Shown: positions 54,599 to 64,000 of the stretch, in pieces
Position numbering within the stretch: the first letter of the stretch is position 1
Layout of the letters: every line of letters starts with the position of its first letter
Source of the DNA: Eledone cirrhosa
Lineage: Eukaryota
DNA: 64,000 nt
Direction: 5' to 3'
Assembly: GCA_964016885.1 (NCBI GenBank)
Contig: OZ024747.1
Location: forward strand, 46,066,001-46,130,000
Notes under the pieces: model-generated
What the model was told of the DNA's origin: nothing
The model's database searches: none
Seen by the model: only the letters and a program-made list of their open reading frames with translations
Translations under genes and position numbers: made by a program

Positions 54599-54599
<1 letters not shown>
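52251..54599 (-). mobile_element. Tx1 family B, 5'-truncated, internally deleted copy
   Basis: Nearly identical to 46472-49369 except for loss of 47091-47651; (GATA)n at 52207-52250 and 54600-54695. Confidence 0.95.
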
Positions 54600-54658
<59 letters not shown>

Positions 54659-54659
54659 G

Positions 54660-54695
<36 letters not shown>

Positions 54696-55193
54696 AAGAT
54701 ATGCATAAATATTTATTCATTGAGAATTTTTGGCGTTCGTCATTTAAAACATCATCATTGATCTGAATTAATGGTTGGATGTGACAAGTAAATTTTGAGA
54801 ATGATACTTTGGGGAGATATCTAGATAGTTGAAACAAAGACATCGGCTGCAATATATACACGAAATGTTTATTTCACGAAAATGAAACTCGTGACGTCCC
54901 CTATAAATTATCCTCTCCGTGTGTATGTATGTGTGCGTTTGTGCGCGTGTGTGTTTGCGTGTGGGGGGGGGGGTACTCATATAAATGTGTCAGTGTATAG
55001 AATTCAAATTGCAGAAATATATATTCAAGCTAATTAACACTGGCTTTTAGCAAAGCGAACAGAACATTTTATACATATATCTATAACTACGTCCATACAT
55101 GCATGCATATAAAAATAGACCCAGACTCTCACACATACTAAAACGCGCGCGTACACTCACGCGCACAAACACACACACATACACACACATATA

Positions 55194-56004
55194 TCTATAT
55201 ATATATAAGCAAGTCGGTCTGTGTGTGTGTGTGTCTGTCTGTCTGTGTACAAATACTAGGCTCCTTTTAACTTTTGAAGTACTAGGCCGATTTCAACCAA
55301 ATTTGGCACACATGTTGCTTATATGCCAGAGCAGGTTTTGGACAAAAACAAATTTTGGGGCCGAAAAATTGATTTTGTGTGTGTATCTGTCTGTGTACAA
55401 ATACTAGGCTCCTTTTAACTTTTGAAGTACTAGGCCGATTTGGCACGTGCTATTGAGGCGACCTCTCATTAGCTAATTGTGTACCTAGCAGTTTGATTCG
55501 CTATGGCCCCCTAACCTAGCAGTTTGACTCGCTATGGCCTCTGAAAATCGTGCAGCAACATTCTCGGCAACAGTGTCTTCGTTTTGATTAACTTAACCTT
55601 TTTGCTCATTCTCATCGTGTATTCTGGCTTTGAGGGGGAATAGTTGCTTCAAGGAATAATATTTCTATGTCCAGTGGATGGTCAACATGGTAGTGGCAGC
55701 GCCATCTTACGCATAGGGTTTAGTCTACTGAAGGACATACGGTGCGTCTATTCCATCTTTATCCCCTTACTCATACCTACTACAGCAAGGCCGGACCTGA
55801 AATCATTCACGTCAATTAACTCAAGCTACACCATGAATTGTTTTTATGTTGCCGTTTATTTCACTCAATCATGTCACTGTACACCCATTTTGTTAAACTT
55901 CTTTTTACAATTACATTTCAATTCTTTGCTCAACATTTGGCTCTCTTTATACGGACAAACAGGCTGTCATTCCTTTCCCGAACAACGCCGGGTACATCTG
56001 CTAG
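55194..56004 (+). mobile_element. Non-autonomous Helitron (~810 bp)
   Basis: A|TCTATATATATA 5' end, (GT)n/(GTCT)n, CCGATTTCAACCAAATTTGG motif, subterminal hairpin CCCG-aacaacgc-CGGG, 3' CTAG|T; internal ~60-bp duplication. Confidence 0.8.
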
Positions 56005-56016
56005 TATATATATATA

Positions 56017-56389
56017 GTTGAATAAATGAACAGAGAACAAAAAACAGAGAAGCAGTACAAATGATATGGTTTTTAGTTTCACGTTTGCTTGAGAGTGCGG
56101 GGGGGGGGGGACGACGTTTCGGGCATGAGCCCTTCATCAGGAGAACAGAGGGTAGGAGGAGAGTTCCTAGGGTGTGTGGGGGAGTGGTGGAAAGACATTT
56201 AAAAAAGGAGGAGGAGAAAAGAGGGGAAAACAAATTTTAATGAGTAAGGGAAACATTTTTAAAAGTACAAATAAAAATAAAAATAAAAATAAAACCAAAA
56301 ATAAACAAGGGGTGAAAGTGTGTGAGGCGTGTAGGGGGGTCCGAGCAGGGAGGGCTGAAGGTGGTGTTTGTGTATGGGTGTAGGTGTAC

Positions 56390-56420
<31 letters not shown>

Positions 56421-56500
56421 AATGTGAGAGTTGGGGAAGAATGAGGTTCCATGTTCAGGTAAAAGGGAAACCGGTGTGTACGCGGGGTGGGGTGTAAGTC
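56017..56500 (-). mobile_element. Penelope-like 3' region with hammerhead-like core
   Basis: Minus CTGATGA-a-GGGC-tcat-GCCC-GAAACGTC at ~56113-56140, but stem I is unpaired. A more decayed similar segment lies at ~28940-29060(+). Confidence 0.5.
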
Positions 56501-56679
56501 GGTGTATATATATATATATATATATATATGTATCATATATTTATATATACTAGCAGAAAAACCGACCGCGAGCGATTTTCTGCTAACATATGTAGTTCGT
56601 ATATTGGTATCATATGCAAATATATATACATATAGATATATGTAAATCGAAAAGTAAATTGACAATATCTTCTTCGCCC

Positions 56680-57370
56680 ACTTATTTCTAGAGAGGATCG
56701 TGGGGGCAGAGTCCTTTTCAAACTCTCCTTCCAGCGAGTCTGTCAGAAGCAAACATCTCTAACTGATCCAGATGGATCCCAAAGCATGACCAGCCAAGCT
56801 CTTGGATGTTATCCAACCATCTTTCTCATGGTCTACCCCTAGGTCTCTTGCCGGTTTGTTTTGCCTCTAAAATCTGTCCAGCGATTCTTTCCTGAGACAT
56901 TCTAACCACATGTCCATAGTATCGGAGCTGTGATATCTCAATTCGGAGAAGTAGCTGCTCTACCTGGAGTGACTCTCTGGTCTCTGAACTAAGCACTTTA
57001 TCGCGTAACGTACTCCAAAGACCCTTCGGAGGAACCCCATTTCTGCCACTTGTATTTGTAATTGTATTCTTTTGGTCATTACTCAAGATTCATGATCCTC
57101 GGTAAGGCTTGGCAGGAATGCCAGGAAGGCAGCGTGTTTCGCTTTAACACTTACCTCCCTTCTTCTGATTACTGAATGCTGAAGCTGGCGTATTACTGAT
57201 TACTGAATGCTGAAGCTGGCGTATTACTGATTACTGAATGCTGAAGCTGGCGTATCAGCTTTTGAAATTATTGCACTTAATTCAGCCTCCTGCATTCCAT
57301 CACTCATGAACACGGCCCCGAGATACTTGAACTTCTCTAACTGCTTCAGAACTTCATTCACTTGTATATA
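56680..57370 (-). pseudogene. RTE-clade LINE RT C-terminal fragment
   Basis: EKFKYLG, VAEMGFLRR, QLRYYGHVVRM, GKRPRGRP; contains a 31-bp triplication at 57165-57255. Confidence 0.82.
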
Positions 57371-57559
57371 TATTTGAGACTTCTGTCCATCCGTCCATTA
57401 CCCAATGTGTGTGTTTGCTTGTGTGATTGTATATAAGTGTAAAATGAAAGGCGGGGCATACACACATATATATGACTCGAACTCAAAAACATTGACACAC
57501 ACACGTCTCTAGTTTAAGAACGCCGATAAACTCAGGCACGCGCACATACACACACTGTC

Positions 57560-58150
57560 CTATTACCGCTTAAGAGCTTTAGCCCGGGCAAACATCCCCT
57601 CAATTTTAGAACCGTCTAGTTTGTCCAGAATTGATGGGAAAAGACCGGATGGTCTGGGGCGTGACAGTTAGTAACTCTTTAGCTGCTTCCCACATCCTGG
57701 AGGCAGCGGTAAAGGCGGGAGCTACAACATCAGCAGCTGAACGGAACAAAATCCTGAAATACCGTGATATGTCGGTCAACTGCATTTCCCAGCCTGTGGA
57801 GTTCGAGATGTCTGGGAGAGTCTTACTACTGACAGCGAGGTTCTTATCGTCACTGGTGGCTAGCCAAACAGAGGTAACTGGTGATGCTCGTGAGGGCACT
57901 TGGTTGTTCCAGCACCTCAGCCTCGTCATCACCCGAGGTAACGCTGCGAGAAATTATTAGAGAGGATTCCCAGTACACCTCGCTATATTACTATCTTTTT
58001 CTAGCGCCTCGTTTGTCCACTCCTGAAACCTGCCTATTGTTACTATGCGGTCCTAGATATGTGCATTACTCGCTTATGTGTTTTTCTGTTTCTTTTTTAC
58101 TTTCCCTTTCCATTGCATATATTATATTTGTTTGCGTTTTCGTTCTGAAA
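57560..58150 (+). mobile_element. CRE-clade non-LTR retrotransposon 3' fragment (RLE domain)
   Basis: RALARANIPSILEP..LSRIDGKRPDG, then after a deletion/frameshift VW.VTV..LA.S..AG...AE..K..KY...TGD.RE...RGNAA; followed by (TA)n. Confidence 0.78.
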
Positions 58151-58162
58151 GCATTATATTAT

Positions 58163-58205
<43 letters not shown>

Positions 58206-58252
58206 TGGGGCCGGTGTTTGGATTATGTCGATCGATTGGTTATTGATTAGGC

Positions 58253-58370
58253 GATACCCGCTGATGAAGCCGCATAAGCCGCATGTGCATTGTTGCATAA
58301 TATATGCAGACAGATGTTGCAGTGCACCTTACTGCTGCATTAGTGCTGCAGAAACTCGAGTCCGGGAATC
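58253..58370 (+). ncRNA. Type I hammerhead ribozyme with ~83-nt stem II (H5), intact core
   Basis: GATACCCG-CTGATGA-[long imperfect hairpin incl. GTGCATTG/CAGTGCAC and TGCATA/TATGCA]-GAAA-CTCGAG-TC-CGGGAATC, inside a (TA)n-flanked unit 58202-58515. Confidence 0.8.
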
Positions 58371-58511
58371 TTATAGGCACCCATTTTACGTGTGTTGTGT
58401 TGAGGCAAATAACTATGTGTATACTCTGGTAATGTATCTTACATTGCCCATTGAGTGCGCTGAGATACAGCCGGTACTGGCATTGATAAATATGCTGGGT
58501 CCGTCAACCCT

Positions 58512-58565
<54 letters not shown>

Positions 58566-58703
58566 GTGAGGTTTTTTTTTTTTTTTACAAAATGAAAAAT
58601 AACCGAGGTGTCCTACACGAGTGAAAGTATAAAGAAAAAGAGATGAAATCGAAAATGCAACCGAAGTCTTATTTTTTTTTAAAATATATATATTTATTTG
58701 GTT

Positions 58704-58741
58704 CCTTTACCGGTTTCGCAGTTCTTCTGCTTTTCAAAAGG
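58704..58741 (-). ncRNA. Decayed minimal hammerhead
   Basis: CCTT-TTGAAAA-GCAG-aagaa-CTGC-GAAA-CCGG-TA-AAGG: all three stems are intact, but there are two core substitutions relative to CTGANGA. Confidence 0.6.
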
Positions 58742-58757
58742 TGAGTTGAGATGGAGG

Positions 58758-58801
<44 letters not shown>

Positions 58802-59222
58802 TAGAATACGGAACGAAACGTCTGTTGACAAAAGGATATCCTCGTTCCATTTTAGGATACATTACTGACTTGCATATTGCGCAACTTCGAGTGCAGCTTT
58901 CAGATTCTCAGAAACCAATGGAAGATGTTAATGTAATATCTATCAAACAGGCCCAGATTTGTCTTTAACCTGTGTGTATTTTCGTTGTTGTAGTAGCAAG
59001 GTGGCAACATCTCTCCGGTCACAATTTTCTCTGTGTCACACCCCTAACGTATTGTTATTATTCTGAGCTATAATTTAACGATTTATCGATATCAACTCAT
59101 TGAGTGCTTCGTGCCACCTTCCGAAGATTGATTTCGAAAATGCTAATCGCAGCTGCAACTTCAATTTTACTGACCATTATTATTATTAAAATAAATAAAT
59201 AAATAAATAAATAATAAAGAAA

Positions 59223-59261
<39 letters not shown>

Positions 59262-59262
<1 letters not shown>

Positions 59263-59580
59263 GAGTTCAAATCCCGCCGAGGTTAACTTTGCCTTTCATC
59301 CTTACGGGGGTCGATAAAATAAAGTACCATTAATGTACTGGATAATTGCTGGCCTTGTGCGAAAAATAGAAACAATTATTATTATTATTTGGCAGTATCG
59401 TTAGAGGGTCGGACGCCTTGCTATGTAGCACGGAGTTACGGGCCTTTACAATCTCAGATCAGATCTCGCCGAGGTTGACTTTGCCTTTCATACTTACGGG
59501 ATCGATAAAATAAAGTATCAGTAATGTACTGGGGTAATTGGTGGCCTTGTGCTAAAAGTAGAAACAATTATTATTATCAT
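59262..59580 (+). mobile_element. Two head-to-tail SINEs separated by (ATT)n
   Basis: 5'-truncated copy 59262-59375, (ATT)n, then a full copy 59390-59580. Confidence 0.9.
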
Positions 59581-59847
59581 TATATATGTGTATGTGTGTG
59601 TGTTTTCGTGTGTGTGAGTGAGTATATATATATATATATATATAAGTATGTATACGTACATACATATATGTATACAGACGTACAGTAGTATGTATATATA
59701 TATACATACAAGCACACATATATATATGTACGTATGGATTCACCGAACATTTATTATAATGCTCGGTGTGTTTGTAAACAAACATCCCGTATTAAGCCGC
59801 AGTGTCTAGCAACCATCGTTGCTCGTTTGTTCAACACTGACAAAGGA

Positions 59848-59890
59848 ACGCTGTACTAGTTTCAAGCTTATTAGCTATCGTCAGCAACAT
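59848..59890 (-). ncRNA. Minimal type I hammerhead (H6, copy 1)
   Basis: ATGTTG-CTGACGA-tAGCT-aata-AGCTt-GAAA-CTAG-TA-CAGCGT. Confidence 0.85.
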
Positions 59891-60250
59891 ATACCTTCCT
59901 GTCAGATAATTGAACGTATGAAAGTATATACTTTCCTTATGCATATTAACGGCTGAGCAGCCTAATTTGCATATCGAGTGAGTTAATCGGCCGGGCGCGC
60001 CGAAATTTCATTTCTCACTCTTAGTCCGACTGTTACTTAAATATAAGTATGTATACGTACATACATATATGTATACAGACGTACAGTAGTATGTATATAT
60101 ATATATATACATGCACACATATATATATGTACGTATGGATTCACCGAACATTTATTATAATGCTCGGTGTGTTTGTAAACAAACATCCCGAATTAAGCCA
60201 TACATAGTCTAGCAACCATCGTTGCTCATTTGTTCAACACTGACAAAGGA

Positions 60251-60293
60251 ACGCTGTACTAGTTTCAAGCTTATTAGCTATCGTCAGCAACGT
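60251..60293 (-). ncRNA. Minimal type I hammerhead (H6, copy 2)
   Basis: ACGTTG-CTGACGA-tAGCT-aata-AGCTt-GAAA-CTAG-TA-CAGCGT. Confidence 0.88.
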
Positions 60294-60419
60294 ATACCTT
60301 CCTGCAGGTAATTGAACGTCTGAAAGTATATACTTTCCTGATGCATATTAACGGCTGAGCAGCCTAATTTGCATATCGAGTGAGATAATCGGCCGGGCGC
60401 GCTGAAAACGATAAGGTAT

Positions 60420-60462
60420 ACGTTGCTGACGATAGCTAATAAGCTTGAAACTAGTACAGCGT
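60420..60462 (+). ncRNA. Minimal type I hammerhead (H6, inverted copy 3)
   Basis: Exact reverse complement of 60251-60293. Confidence 0.88.
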
Positions 60463-61016
60463 CACTTATTTACTTTTATAACGCGCACATATTACATTAC
60501 ATAAAAACAAACTTAAACACTAAATAATTCCTCTAAATTCATAACTCATCCACTTTTCTACTTCTGTTCACAGTATATCCTTAATAACATTAATATTTTT
60601 ATTTTGATAATACATAATAACAATTTCTTTTCCTCGCACATATTATTAAACCCTTCAATATACAAACCTTAATTTAATATTATTCTTAACCCCCTTTTTA
60701 ATTTCAAATTCTTTAAAATTATCTATTATCTTCCAACGGCTTTTTAACTTCTCTCTGTGAGACAATATATATTTTTCTCAGTTGTAAAGGTTATCTCTCT
60801 CTCTCTATCACCCATCTCTCCTCCTCTTTCATCCTTCCTTCTTATACTCCTCCCCCACCAATCTCTACTCTCATCTCTTCCTCTTTCTCCCTCTTTCCAA
60901 CCCCCCACTCTCACTTTTTTTCCCAATATCACACATCAATCTTAAATTATTTTTCATATGTTGATTTAAAACTTCACTATTCACAAGTGTTTTTTAACCT
61001 TCATATCATGTATCCC

Positions 61017-61087
61017 TATTGTATCTGATGAAAACGCAGATATCATCTCATGATGATATTTGTTTTTGAAATGCACATAATAAAATA
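61017..61087 (+). ncRNA. Hammerhead (H1) within mini-element 60956-61125
   Basis: TATTGTAT-CTGATGA-stem II-GAAA-TGCACA-TA-ATAAAATA; core intact, one stem I mismatch, stem III palindrome broken. Confidence 0.75.
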
Positions 61088-61144
61088 CTTGGAACTCTTT
61101 TAACCATCTTTTGATCTTATATTATATATATATATATGTATCTG

Positions 61145-61176
<32 letters not shown>

Positions 61177-61214
61177 TATGTATCTGAGTATATATATATA
61201 TGTATGTGTGTGTG

Positions 61215-61259
<45 letters not shown>

Positions 61260-61316
61260 GTATATATATATATGTATATATATATATGTATATATATAAA
61301 TATATATAGGTATATA

Positions 61317-64000
61317 CTAGACCACCCGTGACCCGTTGGGTCATGTTCCCTTAAAAATAATGTAATTCCCTTAAAAATGTAATGTAATTCCCTTAAAAAT
61401 AATGTAATTCCCTTAAAAATACACAAAATGTATATAATGTAAAATGACATTGAAAAGCCAATATATATATACGTGTATGTGTGTGTGTATATGTACGTGT
61501 ATATATATGTGTGTTTGTGTGTGTGGGTGTCTATGGCCTATATACACTGGTTACAGACACACACACACACACATACATCCTGTCCTAACACAAGTTATAA
61601 GATACATATAACTTAATATTCAGTCACCAAATTCAAGCTAGATACATTAATGCTGTATTCAATTCTTTGAAGTCACCTGTCATAATTTCATTCAACAACA
61701 CCACCAGCTCTCTCCCTCTCTCTCTCTAACAACCACTATCTGCGTTTGTATTCCCATTTTAATGGTACCTTACTTTCAAAGAATTTTCCCATTATGCGCT
61801 GATTTGGTTATTTATAAAGGTACCCGAAAAAACCCGCGTATCTCGGGATCCCGTGGTCCGATTTACGCGAAACTTGTCTTTTCACTGTATTATTCACAAG
61901 TATTTTCACAAAGAAAATATCAAATCATTTTTCACTAATAGCTATACAATCACTCCACTTCAAAATTCTTTTTTTCTATATCTCTATGGATGCTTGACTG
62001 TTTGTTCTGAAAGATTTTTCTGCTTAAAAAGTTGCAATGTTAATGAAAAGCTCGTTTTATTTACAAAAATGTGAAAGAAATTATTCTTACTTGTCTTAGT
62101 TTTTCCTTTTCCTTTCATTTTCTGACGTCGGAATCAACATTTTCTCATATTTACGCTGTTACAGTTTGTTCAAAAGAATGCTTTTGATGACACCATTCTT
62201 AGTTGACTGGGTATCCTTCAGAAACACTCACATTTTCTTTTCGTTTTCCGCGGCTAAGGCCTACATACAGTTGACCGTGTTGGAATACAGGTCGTTCCAG
62301 ATAAACCAAGACGTTTTCCCTAGTTTGTCCTTGTGCTTTATGAATAGTTATAGCGAAGCACGATTGAACTGGGAATTGGCTTCGCTGCAAAGGGATATCC
62401 TCACCTTCGGATAGATTAATTCTTATTCTAGGTATCATAACGATCTCATTTCTGAAAGCAGCAGTATTGATTCTTGCTACTATGAGATTGTCGTGCAGTT
62501 CTTCCATGATCATGCGCGTTCCATTGCAAAGCCTTGGAGGATTCAAGTTTCTCATAAGAATTATTGGCGATCCTTTTTTCAATTCCAGGTTATGTGGTAG
62601 CAGTCCTGATAGTTCAACCGAATCAAGGAATACAGTCGGGAAATGAGTGGCATTGGCCACATCACTCACAGAATTATAGGATCGGTACTCTTTTATAGTT
62701 CCAGAGAAGAGTCTGATACAGGTGGAATTGATGCTTCTCATCATTTCATTGAGAGGTACTAAGATGCAATTGTTCGAAAACACTTCCGCTGGTTTATTGA
62801 ATGCGGGGTAGATGAAATCAATACATTCTTCCATAGTTGTTGCTTGGAGAACCATTTCTTTTGGCAAAATAATTTCCTCATTTTCAGTTTTTTTAATCTT
62901 ATCTTCTCCAATATCCAATAGGAACTGTGAATAGTCACCTGCTCCCCCACTCAATCGCATGTTTGTTTTCAACTGAAATATTTTGAAGCTTTGCCATAAG
63001 TAGGTTTTTTAATGCAAGCATTTCCCACGTTCGCTTCATTTCCCCTTTTCACGGAAGAAGCTGACGGAAATCGCCACAGCAAATTGTCAAAATTCCACCG
63101 AATGCCTCATTGTTGTCGCATATGTCACGCAGAGTGAGATCAACAGCTTCGAAGCTTTCCCTCCGAATCATAGGACACTCATCCCAAACAATCAGTCTTG
63201 TATGCTGGAAGGGGTTTGCCGTCTTTGAGTTTTTACTATCGGTATTTTGAACCTAGAATGCGCTGTTCTTCCACCAGGCATCAGTGTTGCGGCAATGCCA
63301 GATGACGCAACAGCAATAGCCACGCCACCGTTTCCCCTGACTTTTGAAAGAATTAAGTTAATCAGGAATGTCTTTCCTGTTTCACCTGGAGCGTCAATGA
63401 AAATCAATGCAGATATGTTTGTCTCTAAACTGTTACAAACGAAGTCATACACGTGTTTTTGTTCACTATTCAATAGAGGCTCCGTCTCTTCTACAAATCG
63501 TCGCTGCTCTTCTCTGCTGTATTGCAATTCATGCAATAACTCCAAATTGCCAATATCCTGATTAGCAACAATATTATTTGGCCTTGGCAAGTTAAAGTCA
63601 TTAAGACTTTTGCCCAGGTCGTTAAGTTTGTCTTCAAAATACCGAAGACATTGATCATAATGTCTCTCGCTAATCAAAAGATTAGAGTTTCTGGTAGCCC
63701 TATTTTCTATGTGAAGACAGTGGATGCTTAAATCGAACCCATAAAGCACTGGAATTGTCAATTTCCGTATTTGTGAGGAGCACGATGAATAGATCTCTCA
63801 TGGCTTTGGGAAGCCTTCTTCGCTCAGCATCTTCCAGAGTCTGCTACCAATAATCATCCGATTGAAGCAAACCTTTCTCTCTGCAGACGTCTTTGAATAA
63901 TGGCAGGAGTTCTCCATCACACATTTTCAAAGAGTTGAAGGATACTGGCCCTTTGACGTGATGCAGAAGGAGTCTTAAATAATACAGGTCACCACTTCGT
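61317..64000 (-). mobile_element. Autonomous-type Helitron, 3' part (runs off the window)
   Basis: 3' hairpin CATGACCC-aac-GGGTCACG (61327-61345), then GGTGGTCTAG|T inside (TA)n; short subterminal tandem repeats 61346-61420; RepHel coding remnants. Confidence 0.92.
62199..64000 (-). pseudogene. Helitron RepHel PIF1-type helicase region, disrupted
   Basis: [101 protein letters not shown]; stops and frameshifts. Confidence 0.93.

Larger units (their letters stand above)
59640..60407 (-). repeat. Tandem ~403-bp PLE-type repeat, one hammerhead per unit
   Basis: 59640-60005 is repeated at 60042-60407. Confidence 0.9.

Noticed and set aside
54600-54706. N-terminus of the 610-aa ORF (MHIFLSIYLSIY...) as a new fusion gene
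   Set aside because: It is (TATC)n read in frame into a truncated ORF2; there is no promoter or expression evidence.
56549-56586. TAGCAGAAAA...TTTTCTGCTA inverted repeat as a Helitron/Helentron end
   Set aside because: No matching opposite terminus could be found.
57165-57255. 31-bp triple repeat, and the 38925-39080 motif series, as CRISPR-like arrays
   Set aside because: No unique spacers, no cas genes, eukaryotic context; the first is a local triplication inside an RTE fragment.

Overview
AT-rich, microsatellite-dense animal DNA. The SINE and repeat content resembles an octopod cephalopod, but that is inference. No host gene could be supported, and most supplied ORFs are microsatellite artefacts. 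The window is a mosaic of mobile elements sorted by microsatellite type. (1) An ~11 kb nest in one (TTA)n tract holds two L1/Tx1 copies (family A, +) and two R4/Dong copies (-), one with a 5' inversion. (2) One (GATA)n tract carries three same-orientation Tx1 insertions: family B full-length, family B truncated, and a 60-bp stub. (3) Many short Penelope-like pieces sit mostly in (TA)n and carry minimal type I hammerhead ribozymes. Six sequence-unrelated families have intact cores, including a 403-bp tandem pair. (4) There are about ten tRNA-derived Deu/Nin-type SINEs, two Helitrons, and RTE, CRE, PLE and old Tx1 fossils. Strongest unexplained signals: a perfect AG|GTAAGT splice donor on the ORF1 stop codon of both divergent Tx1 families; a 3' stem-loop with compensatory changes shared by Tx1-A, Tx1-B and the SINE; apparent (GATA)n targeting; and the retrozyme-like hammerhead tandem. 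All calls were made by eye, without alignment or folding software.
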